This document shows, piece by piece, positions 11,452 through 25,675 of a stretch of 64,000 nucleotides of DNA. Every line of letters begins with the position of its first letter. Position 1 is the first letter of the stretch. A program made the position numbers and the translations under genes. The DNA lies in the NCBI GenBank assembly GCA_002189035.1, contig NEEC01000014.1:434001-498000 (forward strand). Reading direction: 5' to 3'. Below the pieces are notes generated by a model. The model saw only the letters and a program-made list of their open reading frames with translations. It had not been told where the DNA came from and made no database searches. The DNA is from Utricularia gibba (taxonomy: Eukaryota > Plantae > Magnoliophyta).

Positions 11452-12914
11452 ATGAAGGTGAACTATACGTCGGGATCAACCAACACCCCATTGTCGTTCC
11501 AGGGTTACCCACGAGGAGATTTTGACTTGGAATCTGGAATCTCTAAGAAGTCGAGGAAGCCTAAAAGAAGTCCTTTTAGGATGATACAATCGTTGGGAAA
11601 TAGGATAGGGAATTATTACAAGCTTCACCCAATTTTGTTAATTTCGATTTGCCTAATAGTTGGGATCACGGTGATCACTATGTTTTCGGTGTATGGTGGG
11701 GGTTTAAGGATGATGCCTTCTTTCTGGAGTGTGGAGCGTGATGAGGGAAGTTATCCCTTTGCTAACCTTAAGAATCTTGTAATGGTCGCTGGGCATTCGG
11801 TGTATGTGAGTAGCAGTTGCGAGAAGGTTGATAAGGAGGACTCATGGTATTTGGAGCCATACCAGAGGCATAGGGGCCAAGCTGCATCTTTTGTTACTCA
11901 TATACAGAAGGGGGTGGAGATTGCAGCTACTGATGATTCAGCATTACTGTTGTTTAGTGGAGGAGAGACCAGGAGAGATGCTGGGCCGCGGAGCGAGGCT
12001 CAAAGCTATTGGATCGTTGCGGAGACTCAGGGATGGTTTGGTGAGCCACTTACTCTTTGCTGTTTTGGTCTATAGTTCACAGAAGCATGTTTAAGATTGA
12101 TGCTTTTGGTTTGTGAACACGATGACTTGGTTAATAATTGTGCTGCTTGATGAATTTGCATCAGTCCTTGTTTTCATTAATCTTTGGAAATCCTTTTGAT
12201 GACCTTTGAAGACCTACATTGAGCTGAGGTGGAGTTACACTGCTGAAAATACCATTTGAATGTGTTGTTTGTCTGTCTGTCCGTTATTGCTAGAGTTATC
12301 TCAACTCCCAGAGGCTATTTTAATATGCCAAGCTTCTTCTGCATACCTGATGACTGAATTCTTGTTTCCTGTCAACTGTGAGTAATATTCAGGCAAAGGG
12401 GATAGCGTGAGAAGCAGAGCTCTCACAGAGGAGCACGCTAGAGATAGCTACGAAAATCTTCTTTTCAGTGTATGCCGGTTCCGGGAGCTCACCGGTGCAT
12501 ATCCACACAACATATCCGTCAGTCATCCATCTGTATCTAACACATTCCATATAAAGATGCACTCCAGTTTTTAAGATCATGTTCTCTATTCAGGTAGTTG
12601 GCTACGACTTTAAGGAGAAGAGATTCGTCGATCTTCATCGATCAACTGTTCGGTTTCCTCTCCATAGATTCTTCTATCATGGCACCCCATCTTCTCCAAA
12701 TTCAAGAGAAGCAGCGTTGAGAGGTGAAGCTTTGGTTAGAACACAGTTTCAAGTAGATCCCCAGGGATGCTCCGGATCGCTGCATCGCAAAAAGATTGGC
12801 CGCAATCCATTTCACAGGTCAATCCCCTATCCTAAGGGATGCCCTGAAATTGCAGGTTTGTTCAGACACTGCGGAGCTACCCCATATCCAGGATTCCTCC
12901 CCTGGGCAGTATAG
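11452..12914 (+). CDS. DUF218/YdcF-like membrane-anchored protein (homolog of fungal YOR238W/SPAC57A10.07 type), 3 exons
   Basis: N-terminal GDFDLESG motif and TM helix, then NLKNLVMVAGHSVY, LLLFSGGETRRDAGPRSEAQSYW, EEHARDSYENLLFSVCRFRELTG, VVGYDFKEKRF and GRNPFHRSIPYPKGCPE. Confidence 0.85.
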
Positions 12915-13096
12915 CTGCTGCAAATGCTTCATTCCTCCATTTCTTTTTCAGTTGATATTTAGGCTTTTCGTAACTTAGTCTACCGTGATCCTTCGCTTGG
13001 GTCGCTTGTAAGCAAGGACTCTGATCCACGAGCTTCTTTCTTGAGTATAATTTCTTATTCAAAATTATATCTTTTTTTTTTTGAGTTTGAAGGAGG

Positions 13097-13159
13097 AACC
13101 ATCAGCGACCAAATGTCATCCCCAGAAGCCGTGAAGCTTGTACGGTCCGCATCATGGTT
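13097..13159 (-). ncRNA. Candidate short box C/D snoRNA
   Basis: Minus strand reads AACC-AUGAUGC (variant C box)...CUGG-GGAUGA (possible D'/C')...CUGA-UGGUU, with a terminal AACCA/UGGUU stem. It lies ~100 nt downstream of a canonical C/D snoRNA. Confidence 0.45.
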
Positions 13160-13264
13160 AGATCTTTCATATACAGAAAGATCGCATCATTTGGATCACC
13201 TCCAATTCAGGCGCAAAGATTATCAAACAGACATCCAGTATGAAGAATTTAATCGAAGAAAGAA

Positions 13265-13355
13265 ACGGCTCAGAATATCACGGGTATGAGAAATTCTCAG
13301 CACTCTTTGTCAATCAGAGTGGTGCACGACGTCCTACAGATTATCATCACGCCGT
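13265..13355 (-). ncRNA. Box C/D snoRNA (91 nt); D' guide probably targets 18S rRNA
   Basis: ACGGC-GUGAUGA (C)...GUCGUGCACCACU-CUGA (D')...UGCUGA (C')...-CUGA (D)-GCCGU, with a perfect 5-bp terminal stem. The D' guide can pair (13 bp, three G:U) with the conserved 18S segment GGUGGUGCAUGGC, the yeast snR40/human U32 region (rRNA sequence recalled from memory). Confidence 0.8.
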
Positions 13356-13399
13356 CACGTAGAAGAAGAGGAGCATCTCGGAGAGAACGAACTGCAACT

Positions 13400-13490
13400 C
13401 CGCAACTTATATCTGTTAGTTGAGCTTCATACCCCCGGCCCACGAGATGAGGCTTCTGTGCCCTAAACTCGCACTTTTAGGCCCAATTTC
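13400..13490 (-). promoter_or_regulatory. Putative promoter of the snoRNA cluster
   Basis: Two site-II motifs TGGGCC (plus-strand ggccca at 13437-13442 and 13480-13485), a TEF-box-like TAGGGCAcagaaGC near 13455-13467, and a TATA-like GATATAAG at 13406-13413, about 50 nt upstream of the first snoRNA. Confidence 0.5.
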
Positions 13491-14434
13491 TGGAAATTTA
13501 AAAATGTATTTTTAAAAATAATAAACAAATCGCAGAGTAGATAGATATTGCGATGAGAGAAGTGGGCATTCTATTGGATCCCATGGATCTTCGAGAGAAT
13601 GCGCAAGCCACAGTTTTTGAGATTCCTCGGGTATCTTCTTCTGGAGATCCGTCCACGTGTCTGGCTCTGCCGACGTCAGATGAGATTACTCGGAGCAATC
13701 AAGCCTGGACGCAGACTCTTACGTAATGTCGATGCGGACGGGAATGACGACGTGTGTTGTGGTGAGGGCAGCTGCAGTGGCTCTTTCGCATGCAGTTGGT
13801 GGGTTTGGTTTTGTGATTGCCATTTTATTACCGATGCCCCGCACATGCTCGTTAATATGTCCAGATGGAAAAAAAATGTGGCTCGAGCAGTTGGCCGGCT
13901 TTTCTAGGATCGCTTAGATCGCTTATACCATCAGCGAAAGGGGGTGGGGTGGTGGTATTCATAAGAATGCGTTAGGCGAGTTGAAAAACGGCAGTGATGA
14001 TACCTTTTCTCAATTTTTTTTCCTGTCTTTATTCCCTTCTTGTTGTCCTGGACCTGTCTTTTACGTGCTATCTTTCCAACTTTTGTTGGTGGGTGGCGTG
14101 GAACACCACTCTTTTTCCATCATGCACATTTTAAAACATAAATTTTGCTGTTTTTACAGGTTTTTCCCGAGGAGAATAGCTCATCATGCTCAATTCTGGA
14201 AAGGTATTTTGAGCGATAGTGTTGCTGTCAGTTTGTACTTTTATCACCCAAAAGTTGTAGTTTGCAACCCCTTCCTTTCTGAGACAAGTTCTATCAAATC
14301 GGAAGCTTTTGAGTCTAAATTAGGCTCGTTCCAAGTGCAATGAACTTTTGGCGTGGGTCAGATGCTGTGTTTGTCCTCTGGTCTTGAAACTCCACAAGCA
14401 TCGAATTTGGTTTCCTCATCATCAAAGAGAATCA

Positions 14435-16641
14435 ATGGCGTGCTCTGTATTCTATCTGAGTAAGATACCCATTCAATGGAATAGACCATCAAACAGGAGC
14501 TTGTTCCCGTATCATTGTCCAAATTTAGAGTCAGTATCCTCTGACGGGAGAAATTCAGAGGGAGTCATCAACAAATGCCACTACAAGGAGTTGCTGTTCT
14601 GTGGGAAATCAATGATTTGCCGCCGGGCAAAACAATTACCTTGTTATAGCTCAGAAGATATCAACCCCTTCGGTCAGGTATCTCAAGTGTAAAATTTTGC
14701 TCAACTTTACATACAATAGATTCTCTTTTTTGCGTCTTCACATTCTAGCTTGGTATTTGTTTCATATATCAATCTGTTTTCGCTAATGCAATGAAGGAGC
14801 CGATCCTACCAAATAGAAACGATGATTTCAAGCAATGGGATTCCACAACCGCGAAGTTCGCAGGAGCTGCTAACTTGCCATTTTTGTTGCTGCAGCTGCC
14901 TCAAATAGTACTTAATGCTCGGAATCTTCTTGCAGGGAACACAAGTGCGCTTCTGGCTGTTCCCTGGCTGGTAATTGGAGTTTTCCTTTGAGTTCACTGT
15001 GGCTTAATACATGATTTTGTTTAGTCTCATGAGAAATATCCCCACATTGGGATTCACATGTTTCAAGGGATACCAGAAAACAATTAACTCGATGAAGTTT
15101 TTTGATCAGTGCAATCGGGGCTAAAACAGTAGCAAGCTTCCAAAGCGTTAAGGTGAGGCTAACAGTCACTCTCATGTAGGGTATGCTTACTGGATTACTT
15201 GGGAATCTTTCTCTGTCTTCATATTTCATCAAGAAGAAGGAAACAGAAGCAGTGGTGGTACAGACTTTAGGAGTCATATCCACATACGTAGTGATGTTGC
15301 AGCTGGCTATGGGTGAAGCTATGCCTCTCCCTCATTTCATCATCACTTCTGCAGTGGTTGCATTTGGTCTTCTAGTGAACTTTTTCAAGTATTTTAATAT
15401 GCTTAAACCAGAGTTTTGGCAGTTTTGGGAGGATTTTATTACCGTAGCTGGACTTTCTACACTTCCACAAGTAAAATTTCGGCTATTCACGAGAAAATAA
15501 AATCATCTACTGATTTCCTTTCATAAACTGAATATTTTCCTTAAGTTCATTCATTTTTGCAGGTCATTTGGTCGACTTTGGTACCCCATGTTCCGAATTC
15601 TGTCTTGCCCGGGGTTCTAGCCTTCATTACTTCATTTGCCGCTGTAATTATGGTGAGAACGAGATATGGAATTTGGTAATCTCTTTCAGAGGAAACTCAT
15701 TGAAACTGGCATAATACTGCTTATCAGATTCATAATTATCTAAAGGATCTTTCTGTTAGTATAAAGAAAAAACAGTGCAACACTGAAGCTTAATATTTTT
15801 TACAGGGCCGCCAGGGTAAGCTCTCAAAGAAGGGAGTTGAGTTTCTTGGATCAATTTCCGGCTGGACAGCGACCCTTCTTTTCATGTGGATGGCCATCGC
15901 ACAAATGGTTTTCCTCCCTCCTTTATAACTACATTAATTTCACAACTCTCATCTTCCGATTATATGTTTTTTTATTTCAGCTAACAAATATTGTGAGTCC
16001 TGATAACATCAAAGGCTTATCAGCTATCTCCATGTTGCTGGCCATGATCGGCAACGGTCTCATGCTTCCTCGTGCATTGTTTATTCGTGATTTGATGTGG
16101 TATGCCGTATTCCATCGTATTTTTGATCTTGTGAACCTCCTAAGCATTAATCTCTCCCTAAACTTCAACTCAGTGTTCGATACCATGCATTCTACCACTA
16201 GTTATTATTGTGCTGTGCATTTCTTTAGTCTTCAGTAAAGAAACTTTCTGATAAATCTGCGTACAGGTTCACTGGTTCTGGATGGGGATCCGTCTTCTAC
16301 GGATGGGGGAATCTTGTATGCCTCTACTGGTAATGTTGTTTTCATTCATGTACAGTCGCCAGTAGAGGGTTATCTCAAGTGTGTGTACCATACAGCTTCG
16401 ACTGCATCAGCAAAGAATTCTTCATAGCCTCAACCACTGCATTTCTCTGCTGGATGGGTCAGTTTTTTAGTTCATGCTCATATAGCCTCTGTTTTTACCG
16501 TATTGTGAACGAACTACCCACGCATCCATCGCACTTCACACATTGATTTTTGTATCAGGGCTGACACTTTGGAGAGATGCACAGGCTCATGGACTGGCTT
16601 CACCATTGACGTCTCTAAAAGAGCTCATTTTCAGGCAGTGA
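14435..16641 (+). CDS. MEX1: Chloroplast maltose exporter MEX1/RCP1
   Basis: Transit-peptide-like exon 1, then FKQWDSTTAKFAGAANLPFLLLQLPQIVLNARNLLAGN, GMLTGLLGNLSL, WEDFITVAGLSTLPQ, GLSAISMLLAMIGNGLMLPRALFIRDLMW, ending ...SLKELIFRQ*. Confidence 0.95.
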
Positions 16642-17395
16642 CAAGGACTCTATGGCTTGTTCACCTTGTCCATGGTCGCAGCACAGGGAAGCTTCAACCA
16701 TTAGGAGGAATGAGAAATGCCAACACTGAATATGGGAGCAGCGGAGAGCATGAATCTTCTGGAGGACTTCGAGCAACAGCTGGTTGCTTGTTGGATAAAT
16801 AAAACTCAAGAGTTGATGCCCCCTATCCTCCGGTGTGGGATTTGTGTGTTCATGTTGCAAATTAAATTGATGATATTTGTCTCAAGTCACAGATAAGATA
16901 TGAATTGCAATGAAACTTCTCACATTTCGAAATATCACATTACTTTCGTTTATATCAGAACTTCATTCTACATCAGATGATCTAACTTGTGTGTAAAAAA
17001 GCAACGTCGAACTACATTGATCTACCCATAAACTTGTATGGGTTACAAAACTGATCAAAAAAAGCCTGTATGGCTTCATTTTCCAAAATACTGAACGATG
17101 TGCTGCGACATGAAAAAGCGAGAGTCTTCAAGCTCACCTGCCTTTTGAATGTGCCAGATTTCAATTGTGACTCATGGATGGGATCTCAATTCGGTAGACC
17201 AGGATCTGTTGTAGAAGACCCTTTCTCTGGGCGAGCTGTCGGAAAACACGTGAATTGAGGTGCGTGGAGAAATGAGGGCCTTCAGGATGCCACGTACACC
17301 CCCCAATTCATTCTTCCTTTTTGAGTATCTCCCTCGTCAATATATACATCCCTATCCCAGGAACAGGGGCCAACGAATCAACAGCAGCAAACATC

Positions 17396-19173
<1,778 letters not shown>

Positions 19174-21165
19174 GACCGGCCATGTCCCGCGGCGAATACG
19201 CCGCCGCCTCGTTTTGTTACTGTCGCACTCCAAATAAAAATAACGGTCACACGCCAAATCCAATCCCGTTTGTTATTATAATATTAATATTGAAATTAAT
19301 TTTGCATATTATTTATACCATCAATCCCCAACCAATGGAGGATACCACACCTTATAATGGTGCGCCGCGTTGCAGGAGAGCGGACTTCAAATCGTCATTA
19401 AATAGAGAGTGCATCTTCGTCCAGCTCAGCCGAAACCCAGCAAGCTGTCCTCACCGCCAGCCTATCAATCAAAATAAATACCTTTTCTTTTCACGGCCGT
19501 TATCCACCGACTACCGGATTTTTTTTTAATTTTTGCTTATAAAAATTCAATTTCCTTATTTATGAAAACCAAACTTTACAAAATATTTTTATTTTTTTTG
19601 GAAATATCCATAATCAGTTTAATATATTATCAATATTAGGTACAGCGTCCCATCTTCTTTGTCCTAACGGTTTCCTACTCCTCCGTCAATCGCCGTGGCA
19701 CGTGGCTCTTTGCCACGTGTCCCTTCCCCTGGTGTTGGGCATGGTGGATGTGGATGATGATGATGGCAAATGGCATGCCCCTGATGGATGGACCATGTGT
19801 CAATCGGCATGAACATGTACTTCCAGGATCCACCATACATTTCCATTCCAAGTGGCATTATTTAACGTTAGTGGGAGAATAAAAAAATGTTATAGTCAAA
19901 GTAAATTCATGTGCCCGTACAAGGTACAAGTCATTACATTACATAATATCATGCCCAAAAAAGTCCACCCATATTTAACGACCAAAGTCCAAGCGTCATT
20001 ATTTAACGTAGGGTAATTGAATTCCTTTTTACAGCGCCGTTAATTTGTTGACATTTTTGGTAATTAAATAATAACAAGAGTATTCAAATAATTACGATAA
20101 TTTTGAAATTCAATTCGTTTTTTCGTGTATGGTTGTATGCCACGTGGTGATGACCATGCCATGGTGATGGATATCATACATGGCATGCGCATACATTGCC
20201 GCCCATCGTATCATTGGATGGGAGAAGGCAGAAAGGAATTTGACTTCGCGAAAGATCGAGGGAGCGACGACGGAGGAAATTCAATTCGATTTAATGGAAT
20301 TTTGGCGTCCGCAGTAAAATCAGTTTTCTCGTTCTCTCTCCAAGAAATTTAGTTCAGCGCAGCTCTGCCCCTGTTTGCTGGAAGATTTAGGGACGTTCTC
20401 TAGGTACAATACACTGGAACTGCATCTACCCGTCTCGATTTATGATTTTGTAGGAGAAAGCAATTCGATTTCTTTGTGGGATGAATGAGCAGTGTAGAGT
20501 GCCGCGGCATTTAACTTGGAAGTTTGTAGTTGGGCTGAAAGTTGGTTCCTCCGAGTTTGAGCTTATTGGTTCTGCTTATGTCCCATTTGCGGGGTTAGTG
20601 CTTCATTTATGTTATCTTTTGTTTAAATTCTGAGAATTTATTTTGTTCTATGAGATGTGTCTACTGTTTCGTCTCTGAATTCTTCCGTTGTTTTCGCGGA
20701 TAATTTCGTGTAGCGATTTCGAATGTTTTTACTTTTTTTGGTTAACAGCGTTACGTTTTCTAGGCCTGTTCTGGTTCTCAGGTTGGGAGGCAACTTGTTA
20801 TTTTCTGTTATCTGTTGCAACATTCAGATGATTTTATTTATTTACTTACTTATTTTTGGGTGGAGTGGGGAGAATGGTGGCCTTGCTACGCTTTCTTTTT
20901 AGCCTTTTATTGCATTGGAATGGGCAATATGACTTGATATGACTGCGTTGTGCAGAGATTTACAAGGGGCTGTTAAAAGATGGCAGCTTGAGTAACAGAA
21001 GGGCTGACGGATGATGTTTTTTACTAGAGCTAGCCTCTTTGACTTCATCTACAAGATAATCGAAGCTGAAGCTTTAGGCTCTTGGTTTATGCTCTTCAGA
21101 AAGTGAAACAGTTAAGAGTTTTCTGAGCCTTTCGAAAACTAGGTTTTGTGAAATTCTGGGTGAAA

Positions 21166-21997
21166 ATGATGCCACAAGGGCCCTCTGCTCCGTTTGGTGG
21201 TGCCCAGTCAGTCCCCCCATCTCTTTTGAGATCAAGTTCTGGGTTGTTGGGTGGACAGGGTGGTGGAATGCCTTCACAGAATTCATTTTCGATGCTGGTG
21301 TCGCCACACAGTCAGTTCAATGGTATGAATATGTTGGGGAATTGTTCAAATGCATCATCCCTGTTTCAGCAGTCTTATGGAAATGGTGTCCCGAGTAACG
21401 GCCTCTCAAATCATGGGAACTCCCAGCGTGGCCTTATTGACGGTGGAGGAGAGTCTAATCCACTTTCGGGTGCTGGAAATGGGACGGGGTTTAATATTCC
21501 TTCCTCTTCTTATGCCTCCTCGCCTGTCACCAATTCATCTGGGCAAGGCCCAGCACAGCAACAATTCTTGAATCCTTCTGGAAGCCTGGTGTTCATGGAG
21601 CAGCAACAAGCTCAACAGCTTGATCAACAGAATTTTCAGTATAATCAACAGCAGATGCAGCCGTTTTCTATTCCAAATGGTTCACAACAGCAGCAGCAGC
21701 AGTTCCAATCTTCAGGACCTGCATCAGGTGGTGGGGTACCTGTGAAGTTGGAGCCACGGACATCACATGAGAATTTACAACAACTACAGGGGCTGAGGAA
21801 TCTTCCTCCTGTAAAATTGGAAGCACAACAACTGCACAACCTGAGAAATTTGGGTTCTGTAAAAATTGAATCACAGCAAACAGATCCATCTGCTTATTTA
21901 CAGCAGCAGCAGCAACAACAGCAGATTCTCTTGTCTCGACAATCCCCTCAGGCTGCTGCTGCTGCGCAGATGTTTCATCAGCAAAGGCTTTTGCAAA

Positions 21998-22030
<33 letters not shown>

Positions 22031-24958
22031 TTCTGAAAGCCATGCCTCAACAGAGGTCCCCTTTACAGCAGCAGTTTCAGTCACAGAACTTGCCACTGAG
22101 ATCACCAGCAAAATCAGTTTACGAGCCTGGAATGTGTGCTCGAAGGCTGACTCATTACATGTATCAGCAGCAACACAGACCGGAAGTAGGTTTTTTTATT
22201 CTTATTTAGATGAGAGTGAATCCCACCTTTCTCCTTTTTTTACGACTCCAATTTCTCAAAGGACAATACTTGTGAATATATGAATGTTTTGATCCTGTTT
22301 TTTAGGATAACAACATTGAGTTTTGGAAGAAATTTGTTGCTGAATACTTTGCACCTAATGCCAAGAAGAAATGGTGTGTTTCAATGTATGGAAGTGGTCG
22401 CCAAACTAATGGGGTTTTCCCACAGGTTGTGATCTTTAAGGTTCAGTTATAGCGCATTGCCTAGATAACTGCAGTCTAGCTCATGGCTTTGCTGTTGTTT
22501 GGGCATTTTTGTTCTTTAACATGCATTTTAGTTTTGAGAAAACGAGTCCATGAGATTTTTCCCAATATTGTCTTTGAATATGTAGTCTGATGTCTCTGCA
22601 TTTACTTTAAATATGCAGGATGTTTGGCATTGTGAGATCTGCAATCGCAAGCCTGGACGTGGATTTGGTGTGTAGCTTTCTTCTTTTGCTGTATTTTCTC
22701 TCGCTGCTTTTCCCTTCTGGTTGATTTTTTAGGTGTTTTATTTTCTTCTTTTTCCTCTGCAAAGTTTTCTTGGTCAGTTTGGGGAGTGCTTCGTTGTAAC
22801 ATCCTCAGTCGTTCAGTTATGTCTTGATTTCATGCATTGATTAAGAGATGCAAGCACTAGTTAACTAAATTCCACAATTTTTAGAGGCCACTGCTGAGGT
22901 TCTACCCAGGCTTTTCAAAATAAAATACGAAAGTGGAACCATTGAAGAGCTACTGTACGTTGATATGCCTAGGGAATATCAGAATGCTTCTGGGCAAATT
23001 GTGCTTCATTATGCGAAAGCCATACAAGAGAGTGTTTTTGAACAGCTTCGTGTTGTCCGTGATGGCCAACTTCGAATTGTTTTCTCTTTGGATCTAAAGG
23101 TTCCACTCTCCCAAATCGGATGCGTTTTTATGAACTTCAGATGCTCACTGTTGTCTATATAACTGGTTTGGTAGATATGCTCTTGGGAGTTCTGTGCCTG
23201 GCGTCATGATGAGCTTATTCCCAGAAGATTGTTGATTCCACAGGTTATTGATGAGAATTGAATTGTGTGGTTCTATTTTTATTCCATCGTTTCAATTTTG
23301 TCTGGGTTCTTTTTATGTCTTTATGTCAGTTTGTCTGAAACACGATCTAGATGCCCTTCCATTATTATAGTGTCAATGATAACTTCAGGTAAACCAGCTT
23401 GGAACAGCAGCCCAGAAGTACCAAGCTGCTGCGCAGAATGCATCAACAGGTCCCTCTGTTTCTGATCAGCAAAACAACTTCAATATGTAAGTAACAATGA
23501 AAAGCTTTCCATCTGCATTGGACTTGCGTATTTCCATGTATAAGGTTGTCATTGCACTGTTCCCTTCATAGACTTTTTCGGAAATCTGTAGCCAGTATTA
23601 TGACTTGAAAGTTATGCAGGTTTGTTGCCTCAGCTCATCAGCTTGCCAAAGCCTTGGAAGTTCCAATGGTGAATGACTTGGGATATACCAAAAGGTATAT
23701 CAGATGCTTGCAGGTAATCTGTTTTTTGCATTGAGCAGCCACTCGGTATTTTAGCCATTCAAATACAGCTACATTGTATAACTGTATTCCATGGACTTCT
23801 ATTAATGGGTGAATTTTGTTTTTACTGGTGAGCAATGCAGATATCCGAAGTGGTGAATAGTATGAAAGACCTCATTGATTATAGTCGTGAAACTGGTGCA
23901 GGTCCTGTGGGTAAGTTAAAAGTTCTCATCTTTTCCCCTTTCTTGAGTTACGATTTTTTGTATCCTGCATCTCATCTAATGGTTAGGATAAGCTAGCGAA
24001 TTCTTTCGTACAGAGAGCTTGGCCAAATTTCCAAGAAGGATGAATCCTACGCCTGCATTCCAAGGTCAGCCTCTATTACCCGAGGGGCAGCAGCAGCAGC
24101 AGCAAACAGGGGCACAAAACCTGAGTAATGATAATCATGCTCAGGCTGCGACCATGCAACTGGCTGGTACCACAGGCATGCAGCGTATCCATAAAAATGT
24201 AAGCTCGGGTTTCATATCATATAGCAATATTGCTGCTCTTATTTATTCATCAGAACTTGATGAATTCTCGACAGCAAAATCCACTTCCTGCAACTAACAG
24301 CTCCTACAGAGGCAATGGCGTTCAGATATCATCTCCAGGTTCTTCAAGCAATCTGCCACAAGCTCAGCCATCGCCATCTCCCTTCCAGTCACCGACACCA
24401 TCTACATCCAATAACATGCAGGCAACTGCTAATATTAGCTTGCCAGGAGGAGCCAATGTAAACTCAGCACATTCCCCTAATATCTCCATGCAACAGTCTG
24501 CTCATTCTGGTGATGCAGATGCGAATGATACTCAAAGCTCTGTTCAGAAAATAATACACGACATGATGATGTCATCTCAGTTTAGTGGAAGTGGTATGAT
24601 GGGCATGGGAACAGCGGGTGGTGATGTAAAGAATGCCAATGGGATTTTGCCAACTAGCATTAATCCAGTTATGAATGGTGGCAATGTGCTTGCCGGAGCT
24701 GGGGGAGTGGCAAATGGGAACACAGAGTGTGGGACCATGGGAAATGGGCTTGAACATTCAGCGATTGTAAATGGCATTAGAGCTGCTCTGGGTAACAGCT
24801 CCATGTCCATGAGTGGAAGAATGGCCATGGCAATGGCACGAGAGCGGGGCATGAATCCACAGCAGCAGGATATGAGCAATCAACTGCAGATGCTCAGCGG
24901 TCTTGGGGCCATGAATGGCTTCAATAACCTTCACTTTGACTGGAAGGCAATGCCCTGA
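21166..24958 (+). CDS. SEU: Transcriptional co-regulator SEUSS (LIM-domain-binding family)
   Basis: Q-rich N-terminus, YEPGMCARRLTHYMYQQQHRPE|DNNIEFWKKFVAEYFAP, TIEELLYVDMPREY, LEVPMVNDLGY, and a C-terminus ending GAMNGFNNLHFDWK. Confidence 0.95.
21890..22040 (+). repeat. (CAG/CAA)n microsatellites encoding polyglutamine in SEUSS
   Basis: Runs such as cagcagcagcagcagcagcagcagcag inside the SEU coding region. Confidence 0.9.
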
Positions 24959-25675
24959 CAAGAAAAAGAAGGAAAAACCCTTTTCTTTCTTTGAGGAAAC
25001 AGAATAGCTGTTTGTGCAGCTTTGGAAGGATCAGTTTTTGGAATGGGGACACACTAGTAGTGCATACAGGGAAAAGTTGGAAAAAAAAAAAGGTTCGCAT
25101 GTTTGAAGTCCATGTTTTCTACTTGTCAAGAAAGCAGAGCTGCAGTTGTATTCACGGTCTGTGAGCCGAAGCAGGAGTGATCCAGCCACCGGAATCTCCA
25201 TCGGTGGCCCTGAAAACCCAGATTGCTGCTGAATCATTGATCACCGCTGCTTCAACATCTTTCTAGATGTGAGTGTATATACTTAACTCATGATGCTTCT
25301 ATCTAATTCTAAAAGGGTATGTGAACTTCGCTTATCATGGCTTGATCTTTGTAACAGTTTCTTGGTTTTCAGAGGTGTCTTGTGGTGATCTGATGCTCAC
25401 TTAGTAGCATGACATGACTAACCAGCATTTTGGACCCTTGGTTGTATCTTCATCGTGCTTGCTTTAGTTGTGAAAATTACAAGGTTTTTATCCCCCAAAA
25501 CCTGTTGTCCTTGACTCAATAATTGTTTTTTGCTGTATCATATAAATCATGCTGCAATTGACATATGCGAAAAACAAGAACACTTGGCATAATTCAGACT
25601 CTAAAATCTGTTTCAAGCGTAGGACAAAAAAGGACTACCTCTACAAGCTCGTACCTACAGAGCTCTTCACCTTCT

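Noticed and set aside
13165-13225. Plus-strand resemblance to U6 snRNA (ATACAGA.AAGAT..GCAT...GCGCAA.GAT) as a U6 gene or pseudogene
   Set aside because: The 5' and 3' U6 stems are missing, there is a ~20-nt interruption, and there is no USE promoter element. It is better explained as antisense guide elements or chance.
21600-22080. Polyglutamine/CAG repeats as a novel feature
   Set aside because: Q-rich tracts are a known property of SEUSS-family proteins.
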